A stretch of 64,000 nt of DNA, taken from assembly GCA_965205605.1 (NCBI GenBank), contig CBDBHE010000008.1, positions 40,695 through 104,694 of the forward strand, given 5' to 3'. Position numbers and translations under genes: made by a program. This document shows, piece by piece, positions 29,648 through 39,319 of the stretch (positions are counted from its first letter, which is position 1; the number at the start of each line of letters is the position of its first letter). The notes beneath the pieces are model-generated. The model worked only from the letters and a program-made list of their open reading frames with translations. It searched no databases and had not been told where the DNA came from. This DNA is from Spirochaetota bacterium (GTDB lineage: Bacteria; Spirochaetota; UBA12135; COTS27; CBDBHE01).

Positions 29648-29977
29648 TTATTTACGCCTTTGTTTTTCTTCTAAACCACTAGTACCAAATCGTTTTGAAA
29701 ACTCCAAAAGTAAATCATCAAAGCAAATCTCAAAATAAGAAGCAAGAACAAAAACATGAAATAAAAGATCCACAATCTCATAAATCATTTTATCTTTTTG
29801 ATAGTTTTTTTCTTTCATAGATTCTTGGCAAAGTTCAATAGTTTCTTCGATGATTTTTTTATTCATTTCTTTAGTCCCTTTTTTCATAAGGAAAGCAACA
29901 TATGATTGATCACTGGCCGTTTCTTTTCTTTTTTCAAGAACATCAAAAAGTTTAAATAAAATAGAAGGATCTGACAT
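29648..29977 (-). CDS. hisE: Phosphoribosyl-ATP pyrophosphatase (HisE, MazG-like)
   Basis: 109-aa ORF; FKLFDVLEKRKETASDQSYVAFLMKKGTKEMNKKIIEE and EIVDLLFHVFVLASYFEI match the HisE family. Confidence 0.7.
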   Translation of the reverse strand: MSDPSILFKLFDVLEKRKETASDQSYVAFLMKKGTKEMNKKIIEETIELCQESMKEKNYQKDKMIYEIVDLLFHVFVLASYFEICFDDLLLEFSKRFGTSGLEEKQRRK

Positions 29978-30042
29978 GAATTTAAAACAAAGTCTAAAAA
30001 GTTTTGTATTATACTCTTATTTACTTTTATTTAATTAAAAAC

Positions 30043-32244
30043 CTAAACCTTAAGAATAGATAAAAGTTCTTCTTTACTAGAAGCTTCAAGAAGCTTGTTT
30101 CGATAAGACTGATTCATTAAAAAGTTGGCAACTCTTGATAAAATAGCTAAATGCTTTTGAATATCATTAGAGGGGATTAAATTGAAAAAAATAAGTTTCA
30201 CCGGTTTTTCATGACTTTTTTCAAATTTAATAGGAGTCGATAATTTAACAACACACAAAATAGAAGCTTTGATTTCTTTTAAAAACAAATGAGGGAATAA
30301 AATTTCTTCATCTAAACTAGTAAACTCTTGCTTATTTTTAGATAAAAATTCATTTAAAACAAAGTCTTTTGATATAGCAGGGTATTTACTAACAATCTTT
30401 TTAAGTAGAAAATTTAAAACTCCCTTATAATCTTTAATTGAAGAATAAAAAACAAATTTATCTTTTTTAATTAAATCCATAATAGATTCTTTTTTTCTAG
30501 AAAGGTATAAAGAAACAACAGGTTGTTTTTTTTCAATTAATGAATTTCTTTCATCTTTATTAAAAATCACTTTTCTATCAACAATGCCCAATAAAAAAAA
30601 TTTATCTCTAATGTTTTTTTTATTATTATTTACAACATGAAGATTCGTATTTAAATTTTGAATTTCATCGGAAATAACAGAAAGTTTTGGAAAATTAGTC
30701 CAAATAGATTTACCAATCCTTTCTAAAAAAGTATCTTGATTGCCTCCAAAACTAACCCAACAATAAACATTTTTTCTTCCAACCATTTTTGACCATTGTT
30801 GACATAAAAGGGTGTTTAGTTCTTCATTATCTGTAAGAGCTAAAACAATTCCTACTTCTGAAAAACGCTCATCTTCTAATAAATTAGGGTCCATCGAATC
30901 TTCTAAAAAAACCGTATAGCCTTTTTTTCTAGCCGCATCAACTTTGCTTTTATTTCTATCAAGAAAAATAATTTCTTTTTTACCTTTACTAATTAAAAAA
31001 TCAGCAATATTTTCTGAAAAAAGATGAATCCCTATCACCAAACAACTATTTAATTGGCTTCTTTTTACCTTAAGTACTTTGGCCACTAATCCCGCTGTAA
31101 ATCCTTGAACGATAACGGTTGTTGTGATCACCATAAAAGTAAAAGTTTCAAGAAACCAAGTGCCTTCAACCCCTTGATCCTTTAAACTAACACTAAAAAG
31201 TGTTGCTATAGATGCTGCAATGACTCCTCTAGGAGCAATCCAAGAAATAAAAAGTTTATCTCTTAAACTTAAACCACTTTTAAAAGTTGATAAAAAAACA
31301 GAAAGAGGCCTAGCAACTAAAATTACAAATAAAATAAGCCATATTCCCCTAAAACCAAATAACTTGAAATTAAGAATATTAATTTTTGAAGACAGTAAAA
31401 TAAACACAATAGCGATAAAAATCTGAGTTAATTCTAATTTGAATTTCCTTAGATTTTCCATTGGAATCGGTTTTTTAATCCCAATAATTAATCCTGCTAC
31501 AACAACAGCAAGTAAACCTGATTCTTTAACAATAAAGTCACAAACCCCAAAAGTCGTTAAAGCAATGCCTAAAACAAAAATATTCGTCAAATCTCGTGGA
31601 ATAATATTTCGTTTTAAAAGAAAGTAAGATAAAAACCCAAAAACACAACCCAAAATAATGCCTGTAAGAAATTGTAAAAAAAACTGAGAAATAGCAACAA
31701 AAGCAAACTCTTTTCCCACAATCTCAAAACATAAAATAGCAATGAAAACTCCAATAGGGTCATTTAAAACTCCTTCCCAATGTAAAATTTGATTGATATC
31801 TTTTTTAGGTTTCACTCTACGTAAAAGAGGAAGGATAACAGTAGGCCCTGTTACAATAACCAAACTACCTGCCAAAAGAGAAAAAGAAATCGAATAAGAA
31901 AAAATAAAATAGATAAATAACGAAATCGATAACCACGTCGTTAAAATACCAACACTAAGCAACCTTCTAATCACCTTGTTTAAATTTCTATAGTTAGAAT
32001 AATCTAAGGTTAAACCTCCTTCAAAAAGAATAATCGCAACAGAAATAGAAATAAAGACTCTTAAAAAAGGACCAAAAACATCAACATCAATAACCCCCAG
32101 TCCTTCTTCCCCAAATAATACCCCTACTATAATTAGTAGTGGTATCGATGGAATACGTAGTTTCCTAGAGAAAACTAGTGTAAATACTCCTAAAGAAACA
32201 CAAAAAACAATCGTCTTTAAAATTAATTCATAAGAATGTATCAT
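30043..32244 (-). CDS. Cation:proton antiporter (CPA1/NhaP-type Na+/H+ exchanger) with C-terminal regulatory domains including a PTS EIIA(Ntr)-like domain
   Basis: 733 aa; N-terminal ~400-aa polytopic exchanger domain, then soluble TrkA-like region and C-terminal EIIA-2-like segment. Confidence 0.75.
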   Translation of the reverse strand: MIHSYELILKTIVFCVSLGVFTLVFSRKLRIPSIPLLIIVGVLFGEEGLGVIDVDVFGPFLRVFISISVAIILFEGGLTLDYSNYRNLNKVIRRLLSVGILTTWLSISLFIYFIFSYSISFSLLAGSLVIVTGPTVILPLLRRVKPKKDINQILHWEGVLNDPIGVFIAILCFEIVGKEFAFVAISQFFLQFLTGIILGCVFGFLSYFLLKRNIIPRDLTNIFVLGIALTTFGVCDFIVKESGLLAVVVAGLIIGIKKPIPMENLRKFKLELTQIFIAIVFILLSSKINILNFKLFGFRGIWLILFVILVARPLSVFLSTFKSGLSLRDKLFISWIAPRGVIAASIATLFSVSLKDQGVEGTWFLETFTFMVITTTVIVQGFTAGLVAKVLKVKRSQLNSCLVIGIHLFSENIADFLISKGKKEIIFLDRNKSKVDAARKKGYTVFLEDSMDPNLLEDERFSEVGIVLALTDNEELNTLLCQQWSKMVGRKNVYCWVSFGGNQDTFLERIGKSIWTNFPKLSVISDEIQNLNTNLHVVNNNKKNIRDKFFLLGIVDRKVIFNKDERNSLIEKKQPVVSLYLSRKKESIMDLIKKDKFVFYSSIKDYKGVLNFLLKKIVSKYPAISKDFVLNEFLSKNKQEFTSLDEEILFPHLFLKEIKASILCVVKLSTPIKFEKSHEKPVKLIFFNLIPSNDIQKHLAILSRVANFLMNQSYRNKLLEASSKEELLSILKV

Positions 32245-32300
32245 AATAAAAAAATCACTTATATTAACAAATTAAATCAAAATCATCTTACTATAAGGTA

Positions 32301-32648
32301 GTGTTTAAAAAAAATCACTTGAATCCACTCACTCCCTTTCAAAAAAAACTTTTTACGCTTATAAAAAAAATCCCTAAAGGCAAAGTAAGCACTTATAAAC
32401 AAGTTGCCAAAAAACTTGATTCCTCTCCTCGAGCAGTTGGTCAAGCTTTAAAAAAAAATCCTTTTGCTCCTTTAATCCCTTGTCATCGAGTGATTAAAAG
32501 TGATTTTTCTATAGGTGGCTACGAAGGAAGCTTACAAAACAATCAAGTACAGCAAAAATTAAACCTTTTAAAAAAAGAAAAAGTACTGTTTCAGTTTAAA
32601 GTCTTAAAAGATAAATCAAAAGTATATTATTTTAATAAAAAAAAATAA
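32301..32648 (+). CDS. ogt: Methylated-DNA--protein-cysteine methyltransferase, single-domain (MGMT/Ogt C-terminal domain)
   Basis: TPFQKKLFTLIKKIPKGKVSTYKQVA helix-turn-helix and active-site PCHRV motif; apparent GTG start; 115 aa. Confidence 0.75.
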   Translation: MFKKNHLNPLTPFQKKLFTLIKKIPKGKVSTYKQVAKKLDSSPRAVGQALKKNPFAPLIPCHRVIKSDFSIGGYEGSLQNNQVQQKLNLLKKEKVLFQFKVLKDKSKVYYFNKKK

Positions 32649-32762
32649 TTTAAAAAAAATTAAATTTTTTCTACAGATAAGAATTACTTTAGAGATACAA
32701 CTAATTAACCGATTTATATAATATCAATTATTTCTACAAAATAATGTTTATAAAGAAACATT

Positions 32763-34241
32763 ATGAAAATAACAAAAAAAACTCTTTTATTTCTTATTTT
32801 TTCTTTTTTTACTCTCATAAAAGCAGAAGAAGTAATTCAAAACTCCAAAAATAATCAACTTTCTTATCCAAAATTAAAAGTTTTTATCAAAGCAACTGAA
32901 TGGCAATACGCTCTTAATAAACCAGCTCTGTTTAAAATAACGATTATTAATGAATCAAGTAATGATAATGTGTTTCGACTTCATTTATATGAAAATCCAT
33001 TTCACCATTTTAAAATTAAGGTTTTTGATCAATATGAAAATAGACTCCCAGAAACACTTAACTATTCTACTTGGAAAGGAACTCTTATTGAAAAAAATGA
33101 AAAACCTCGCCGAATCCATCTCAAACAAGGAGAAAGATTTACAACTTTAATTGACTTGTCTAAATGGGTTGATTTTAATAAATCAGGAAAATTTTTCGTA
33201 GAAGGCACTTTTTTCCCAAACCCTTTTTTTGAAGAAAATGCTTATTCTTATAAAATCAGCCATTTATCTTTTAACGTGAGCAAAGAAGAATCTCAAATTA
33301 TTTATAAAAAAAAACCCTCAAAGGAAATTGTTCAAATTCAAAAAAAATTCGAATCTTCTCAATCTTCTCCTAAAAATACGGTTATCAAACATCTTACCTC
33401 TCACATAGAAGAAAAATGGAACCATTTTTTTAAAACAGTTGACACCAAACAATACTTAGAAAATTCTTACGCATCAACAGAAATTTACGAACGCTTCAAA
33501 ACTTCTAAACATGACGAAAGAATCATTATTTTAAAAGAATTTGAAGCCTTTCTCATTAAAAATAGTGATTATAAAATTGATTCTTTTGAAATCTTAGAAA
33601 CTTACATTAAAAAAGATGAAAAAGCAGAGGTTAAGGTTTATATAAAAACCAAAAATAAAAATGAAAAATATTCTAAAAAATTCAACCCTTTAACAGGACA
33701 AATAGAAGATATTTGGAAATCTAGTGATGTCTATACTTTCCTTCAAGATAAAATATTTCAATATTACCTTGAAAAAACCCAAGAGGAATGGAAAATTATT
33801 CAGAAAAAAATAAAAATCTTAAAAAAAGATATTACAAAAGCAAAAGAAACAAAAACTGTTACTACTTTTACAGAACAAAAAAGTCAAATTCCTCCCACTT
33901 TTATTCCTATTATAGAAAATGTTATTTTCAAAAGGGGGCAAAGTGAGTTTATAACAAACTCTTACCCTACTCTAAAAAAAGCTTCCAAACTCTTAAAACA
34001 ATTCCCTTACTTATTCATAACAATTCGTGGTCATACTGATACTGAAGGCAATAGTGAGCTTAATTATCAACTTTCCCTACAACGTGTCTTGGCAGTAAAA
34101 AATCATTTAATTAAAAATGGTCTTTCAAAAAAACGTATTCAACTAGAAGCTTATGGAGAAAAGAAACCCATTTATCAAGAAGAAGATGAAAATTTAAAAG
34201 AAAAAAATAGACGTGTCGAAATTATTTTTAGTCATAACTAA
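32763..34241 (+). CDS. OmpA-family protein (signal peptide; C-terminal OmpA-like peptidoglycan-binding domain)
   Basis: C-terminal ITIRGHTDTEGNSELNYQLSLQRVLAVKNHLIKNGL...NRRVEIIF is a canonical OmpA_C domain; 492 aa. Confidence 0.75.
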   Translation: MKITKKTLLFLIFSFFTLIKAEEVIQNSKNNQLSYPKLKVFIKATEWQYALNKPALFKITIINESSNDNVFRLHLYENPFHHFKIKVFDQYENRLPETLNYSTWKGTLIEKNEKPRRIHLKQGERFTTLIDLSKWVDFNKSGKFFVEGTFFPNPFFEENAYSYKISHLSFNVSKEESQIIYKKKPSKEIVQIQKKFESSQSSPKNTVIKHLTSHIEEKWNHFFKTVDTKQYLENSYASTEIYERFKTSKHDERIIILKEFEAFLIKNSDYKIDSFEILETYIKKDEKAEVKVYIKTKNKNEKYSKKFNPLTGQIEDIWKSSDVYTFLQDKIFQYYLEKTQEEWKIIQKKIKILKKDITKAKETKTVTTFTEQKSQIPPTFIPIIENVIFKRGQSEFITNSYPTLKKASKLLKQFPYLFITIRGHTDTEGNSELNYQLSLQRVLAVKNHLIKNGLSKKRIQLEAYGEKKPIYQEEDENLKEKNRRVEIIFSHN

Positions 34242-34248
34242 TAAAAAA

Positions 34249-35316
34249 ATGATGATGAAAAATATTTTTTTTTATCTTTTAATTTTAATATTAATTTTTC
34301 AAACCCCTCTTTTAAAAGCAGCTTTATTCATTCCTTTTGGATCTGAAATTCTTTATCTAGGTTCTTCGGCTAGTGCTGTTTCATTAGGGGGAGCTTTTAC
34401 AAGTGATAATGATATCCAAGATAATTTTGTTGACAATCCTACAAAAGCGGCTTTAATTCAACATCCTACTTTTTTTTCAAGTTATCTTGGTTTTAATAAT
34501 ATTTCTAGTAGTTATCTTTTTGGTTATTCAAAACCAACTGATTATGGGGTTTTTTCTATCGTGTATCACCAGGTAAATGGAAACCGTTTTGATTTAAAAA
34601 AATTTCAATCAACTCAAATTGCTTTTTCTAAAAAAATTTTTCCCAACTATCATGTTGGATTTAAGTTTAACTCCGAAGTAGCCTTAATTAAAGCCAATAG
34701 CGACGAATCAGAGACGATGCTTAGTGGATTTCACGGAGATGTTAATTTGATTTATATAGGTAATAATCAACAGTTTGGTTTGCTTTTATTACAAAATATT
34801 CATTATGGAGTACAAATTAAGAATATAGGCCTTGTTCCTTTTTATATCAATGATTTAAACCAAACTAACTTTATACGTGCTTTAGAAACACGATTAGGCA
34901 TCTCTTTTGATGTTTTAAAATTTGAAAATTTTGCTACTAGAATCTACACAGATTTGACTTACTACCCTTTAAACGAGCATTTTAATTTTAATCTAGGTCT
35001 TAAAACTTCTTACCAGATTCCTATGCCCATTATCAAACAAATCACTTTACAAGCTGGCTTTATTCCAAATACTAAGCGATACGGAATAAAAAACATAGGC
35101 CCTTTTACGGCTGGATTAAGTCTCTTTTTTGATTTTAAATATTTAAGTCCTTCATTAAATTATGCGATCTTACCGAGAAGAGACAACAACAACGATCATC
35201 ACTTACTTTCATTTCAATTAAAATTCAAACAAAAAGGCCACAATAAACCTCAAATTAATACCAAAGAAGACTTTGGACAAGAAGGCATTATTGAAAACAC
35301 CATCATTAATGAATAA
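34249..35316 (+). CDS. Hypothetical outer-membrane protein (probable beta-barrel)
   Basis: Signal peptide (start placed at MMMKNIFF...), alternating hydrophobic beta-strand-like pattern, aromatic-rich. Fold inferred, not demonstrated. Confidence 0.45.
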   Translation: MMMKNIFFYLLILILIFQTPLLKAALFIPFGSEILYLGSSASAVSLGGAFTSDNDIQDNFVDNPTKAALIQHPTFFSSYLGFNNISSSYLFGYSKPTDYGVFSIVYHQVNGNRFDLKKFQSTQIAFSKKIFPNYHVGFKFNSEVALIKANSDESETMLSGFHGDVNLIYIGNNQQFGLLLLQNIHYGVQIKNIGLVPFYINDLNQTNFIRALETRLGISFDVLKFENFATRIYTDLTYYPLNEHFNFNLGLKTSYQIPMPIIKQITLQAGFIPNTKRYGIKNIGPFTAGLSLFFDFKYLSPSLNYAILPRRDNNNDHHLLSFQLKFKQKGHNKPQINTKEDFGQEGIIENTIINE

Positions 35317-35328
35317 CCATCATCTACA

Positions 35329-36096
35329 ATGAAGCATTTAACTATTATCATTCTTATGACAAACATTTGCTTTGGGCAATCTGTTATTGAAAATAGATAT
35401 TTTTCCCCAAATGAAGATAAAAAAAAAGATACGATTAAAATCCCTTTAAAAATCACTCAAAAGTCTACTATTAAAAAATGGATCGTTTATTTTGTAAAAA
35501 AAGAAAAATCTTTCAAAATTATTAGAAAATATCAATCCAAAACAATCAAAATTTTAAAACCTACCAATTTTGAAACAATTTGGAAAAGCCTTATTGCACC
35601 TAAAAAAAAACTTGAAATTCCGCCTTACATTGAGTGGGACGGAAAAACAACTGATGGCAAAATTGTTGGTGAAGGGACTTATTATTTTCAAATCCAATTG
35701 ATTAATAAAAATAATGATAAAATAGTTTCTCCGCTCATTCCTATCATTGTTGATACAACTGCTCCTGATATTAAACTTCAAACAAAAAATAAGGCTTTTT
35801 CCCCTAATAATGATGGAATAGAAGACACCTTCTCTTTTATTATACTAGCATCTAAAAAAGCTCAAAAAACAGACTCTATTAAATTAAATTTAATTAATAA
35901 AGGCAACCAAACAATTAAAACACTTCATTTTAAAGTAAACGAATTAAAAAACAAACCTCTTAGAATCAATTGGCTTGGCAAAGACAAACATTACAAGCAA
36001 GCTCCCCAAGGGAGATATACTTTAGTTTTAAAAGCTAGTGACTATGCGGGAAATGTTTTTTTAAAACAAATTAATGACATTATTTTAACCAAATAA
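35329..36096 (+). CDS. Secreted protein with two FlgD Ig-like domains
   Basis: Signal peptide; two repeats carrying FSPNEDKKKDT / FSPNNDGIEDT followed by WDGKTTDG...GTYYF / GRYTLVL patterns typical of the FlgD Ig-like domain; 255 aa. Confidence 0.55.
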   Translation: MKHLTIIILMTNICFGQSVIENRYFSPNEDKKKDTIKIPLKITQKSTIKKWIVYFVKKEKSFKIIRKYQSKTIKILKPTNFETIWKSLIAPKKKLEIPPYIEWDGKTTDGKIVGEGTYYFQIQLINKNNDKIVSPLIPIIVDTTAPDIKLQTKNKAFSPNNDGIEDTFSFIILASKKAQKTDSIKLNLINKGNQTIKTLHFKVNELKNKPLRINWLGKDKHYKQAPQGRYTLVLKASDYAGNVFLKQINDIILTK

Positions 36097-36364
36097 CTTG
36101 ATTAAATAAATCTTGGGTTATCAAATAATAGCTTTTTTTCTAAAGAAAACATCGAATTCAAACTTTCTGTTTCCACTTCAAAGTTCATGCTCTTATTGCT
36201 CAAGGTTATATTAATAATGTTAGAGAAGCAACAACAAAGTTTTTTTATCTTTTCAAAGAAAAAAAAGAGAAATATAAACTGAAATAATGCTGTTAATTTC
36301 TTTAAATAAAAAATATTAAATAGAATCAACAATTAAATTAGTGACTTGATTGAATCATTAATTA

Positions 36365-36382
36365 TACAAGACATGTCTTGTA
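36365..36382. promoter_or_regulatory. Perfect 18-bp palindrome TACAAGACATGTCTTGTA, candidate operator about 74 bp upstream of pyk
   Basis: Read directly; self-complementary over all 18 positions; overlaps a TTGTAC -35-like hexamer. Confidence 0.35.
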
Positions 36383-36455
36383 CAAATTTAAAATTAATTA
36401 TAAATTTAAAACCGATTCGAAAAATGACAATATATATATTAGTATTAAAAAAAGC

Positions 36456-37841
36456 ATGAAAAAAACAAAAATTATTGCTACCGTTGGACCTTCTATTGAA
36501 AAAGAAAGTCTGATTGAAAAAGCTATTAACGAAGGCGTCAATGTATTTCGAATTAATTTCTCCCATGCCAATCATGCTTATCATCTAAAATCTATCAAAA
36601 AAATAAGAGCGATTTCAAAAAAATTAGACAAACCTATTGCTATTTTAGGGGATTTAAAAGGACCCGAGATTAGAACAGACACACAAATTTACACCCTGAT
36701 AAAAGATAAAAAAATTCATTTAAGTTATTATAAAAACAAACTTAAAGATGCCATAGGCATCACTCATAAAACACTTTATCAGCTGGTCAAAAAAGGGCAA
36801 ACTATTTTTATTGATGATGGCCTATTAAAGCTAACTGTCCTCAAAATTCAAAAAAAAGATATTTTGTGCAAAGTGATTAACGGTGGTAAATTAACTCAAA
36901 ATAAATCAATCAATATCCCTAATATTCTTATAAAACTACCCATTATTAATCAAAAAGATAAAGAAGATCTTAATTTTATTATTAAAAATGATCTTGATGG
37001 GATAGCAGCTTCTTTTATAAGTAATCAAGAAGATGTAAAAAAAATACGTGCTTTTCTAAAGCAAAAAAAGTCAGAGATTACTATTATTTCTAAAATCGAA
37101 AATCAAGCTTCTGTGACTAATTTAGATTCGATTATTGATGTGTCTGATGGAATTATGGTTGCAAGAGGAGATTTAGGGGTAGAGTTTCCAACTGAATTTA
37201 TTCCTGTACTTCAAAATGAAATTATTGAAAAAACAAAAAAAAAAGGAAAAATTATTATTGTTGCCACTCAAATGCTTGATAGCATGATCAAAAATCCACG
37301 ACCCACTCGTGCAGAAGCTACTGATATTTCTAATGCTGCTTTACAAAGAGTTGATGCTGTCATGCTTTCTGGAGAAACAGCCAGTGGTGCCTACCCTATA
37401 GAAGCCATTAAAATTATGAAAAAAATTATTTTAAAAACAGAAGAAAGTCAATCTTTAAATATCTTTCCTATTAAACATAAAGAAGAAATTTCTATTATTT
37501 GCAAAGCTAGTTTGATGCTAGCAATGGAAAATCAAGCCAAATTACTCATTACAATTAGTTTTTGGGGTAAATCTGCTAGATTAATTTCTTCTTATCGAAG
37601 TGAAGTACCAACTATAGTTGCATGCTTTAATGAGAAACTTTATAGTAAAAGCCAACTTTATTATTCTATAGAGCCTATTAAAATTACTTATCAAAATTCA
37701 ATTGACAAACAGTTTAAAGAAATTGAAAAAAAACTTAAAAAAGTAAAATTAGTAAAAAAAGGAGATTTAGTAATTTTTATGTTTACCTATCCCGAAATTC
37801 AAAATAAAACTAACTCTATAAGAAAATGGGTTATTAAATAA
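36456..37841 (+). CDS. pyk: Pyruvate kinase
   Basis: MKKTKIIATVGPS N-terminus, FRINFSHANH, MVARGDLGVE motifs. Start placed at internal Met 36456. Confidence 0.9.
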   Translation: MKKTKIIATVGPSIEKESLIEKAINEGVNVFRINFSHANHAYHLKSIKKIRAISKKLDKPIAILGDLKGPEIRTDTQIYTLIKDKKIHLSYYKNKLKDAIGITHKTLYQLVKKGQTIFIDDGLLKLTVLKIQKKDILCKVINGGKLTQNKSINIPNILIKLPIINQKDKEDLNFIIKNDLDGIAASFISNQEDVKKIRAFLKQKKSEITIISKIENQASVTNLDSIIDVSDGIMVARGDLGVEFPTEFIPVLQNEIIEKTKKKGKIIIVATQMLDSMIKNPRPTRAEATDISNAALQRVDAVMLSGETASGAYPIEAIKIMKKIILKTEESQSLNIFPIKHKEEISIICKASLMLAMENQAKLLITISFWGKSARLISSYRSEVPTIVACFNEKLYSKSQLYYSIEPIKITYQNSIDKQFKEIEKKLKKVKLVKKGDLVIFMFTYPEIQNKTNSIRKWVIK

Positions 37842-37864
37842 CTATCATCCCAAAAAAAATACAA

Positions 37865-38731
37865 ATGAAAATAAGGCCACTTAGAAAAGGGAAACCTCTT
37901 GAGTTAACAGGTAAAAAAGATCGAATTTCAATTTTTTTTTTAGGGACAGGTTCTGCCTTTTCTAAAAAAAATTATCAAACTAATTTCATTATTATCAAAG
38001 GCGACACTCATCTTTTAGTGGATTGTGGGACAACATGTACAAAAGCACTAAACAAAATAAAAAATAACATTATGAATATTAAAAATTATTATATTACTCA
38101 TTCACACGCTGATCATATTGGAGGCTTAGAAGAAGTCATGTTATGTTATCGTTATATTCAAAATCCAAAATTAGCCAATAAAAAACCTAAAATTATTATT
38201 AACAAACATTATAAAAAAATTTTATGGGATTTTTCTCTAAAAGGAGGCAATGCTTTCTCAGAAACAAAAAATGGCAAACCTCTTGAATTTGAAGATTTTT
38301 GGACTGTCCTTGAAATGGAAAAATTAAAAGAATTTAAAAGAGAAACTTGGGGTTATCAGTTTGAAAACTTAGATCTTAAAATGCCTAGAACTTGTCATAT
38401 TCCAGCCCAAGCAACTTCTTGGGAAAATGCTATTTGGAGCACTGGAATTATTATTGATGAAAAAATCTTTATTAGTTCAGATACTAAATATGACCCTGAT
38501 CTTATTTTTGAATACAACAAAAAATACAAAATTGAAATCATTTTTCATGATTGCCAAGTCTTCCCCGGAGGGATTCATGCCAACTTAGAAGAATTGAAAA
38601 ACCTTCCTAAAAATATTAAAAGCAAAATGATTTTAATGCACTATGGAGACAATATTGGTGATTATTTAAAAAAAATTAAACAATACGGGTTTCATTCTAT
38701 TGCAAAAAAAAATGTTTTTTATGATTTTTAA
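37865..38731 (+). CDS. MBL-fold metallo-hydrolase
   Basis: HSHADHIGG (HxHxDH) metal-binding motif; 288 aa. Confidence 0.7.
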   Translation: MKIRPLRKGKPLELTGKKDRISIFFLGTGSAFSKKNYQTNFIIIKGDTHLLVDCGTTCTKALNKIKNNIMNIKNYYITHSHADHIGGLEEVMLCYRYIQNPKLANKKPKIIINKHYKKILWDFSLKGGNAFSETKNGKPLEFEDFWTVLEMEKLKEFKRETWGYQFENLDLKMPRTCHIPAQATSWENAIWSTGIIIDEKIFISSDTKYDPDLIFEYNKKYKIEIIFHDCQVFPGGIHANLEELKNLPKNIKSKMILMHYGDNIGDYLKKIKQYGFHSIAKKNVFYDF

Positions 38732-38743
38732 ATAGCAAAAAAA

Positions 38744-39226
38744 TTATTCTAAAACTGATACTTTTTGAATTAAAACCACACTTTTAGCAGAAATACACTT
38801 CCCTTCTCCTTCTGCGTTCATTTTTTCTGTTGTTGTTGCTTTAATATTTATCGCCTTACAATCAAGAACCTTCGAAATCAAACCAACCATTTTTTGGGAG
38901 TAAGGACTAATTTTAGGCCTTTCACAAATAATAACATTATCAACATTAACAACTTTAAATTGTTTTTTTCTTAAAAGAGTATAAGTCATTTTTAAAATTT
39001 CAACACTACTAATGTCTTTATACTTCAAGTCATTATCTGGAAAAAGTTTGCCGATATCTCCCATTCCAATCGCTCCTAAAAGAGCGTCACTGATGGCATG
39101 AAGTAAAACATCAGCATCCGAATGACCTAAAAGTCCCCTTTCATAATCAATCTCAACCCCCCCTAAAACAAGCTTTCTATCTTTGACAAGAATGTGCGTA
39201 TCATAACCAATTCCAACTCGATACAT
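38744..39226 (-). CDS. ispF: 2-C-methyl-D-erythritol 2,4-cyclodiphosphate synthase
   Basis: RVGIGYDTHIL...GHSDADVLLHAISDALLGA motifs; 160 aa. Confidence 0.9.
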   Translation of the reverse strand: MYRVGIGYDTHILVKDRKLVLGGVEIDYERGLLGHSDADVLLHAISDALLGAIGMGDIGKLFPDNDLKYKDISSVEILKMTYTLLRKKQFKVVNVDNVIICERPKISPYSQKMVGLISKVLDCKAINIKATTTEKMNAEGEGKCISAKSVVLIQKVSVLE

Positions 39227-39298
39227 ATGGATACCTCTTATTTAATCTTATTATAAAAAGTAACCTGAATTAATCTTTTTAAAAATTATTTTTTTTAA

Positions 39299-39312
39299 TG
39301 TATAATTATAAT
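39299..39312 (+). promoter_or_regulatory. Candidate extended -10 element (TGTATAAT followed by a second TATAAT) immediately upstream of ispG
   Basis: tg at 39299-39300, tataat at 39301-39306 and 39307-39312; ispG ATG at 39320. Sequence-only prediction in AT-rich DNA. Confidence 0.2.
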
Positions 39313-39319
39313 TTAAAAA

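Noticed and set aside
32743-32762. Inverted repeat aatgttt-ataaag-aaacatt abutting the OmpA-family gene start
   Set aside because: Arms are only 7 bp and all A/T; such repeats are expected by chance in this composition, so I do not call it a regulatory hairpin.
36102-36584. Minus-strand ORFs of 76 and 83 aa overlapping the pyk upstream region and start
   Set aside because: They overlap the pyk 5' end and promoter region and have no recognisable features; the region is better explained as regulatory (it contains the 18-bp palindrome).
39041-39060. Sigma-28 -10-like GCCGATA inside ispF
   Set aside because: It lies within coding sequence with no appropriately spaced TAAA -35 element and no flagellar gene downstream; likely coincidental.
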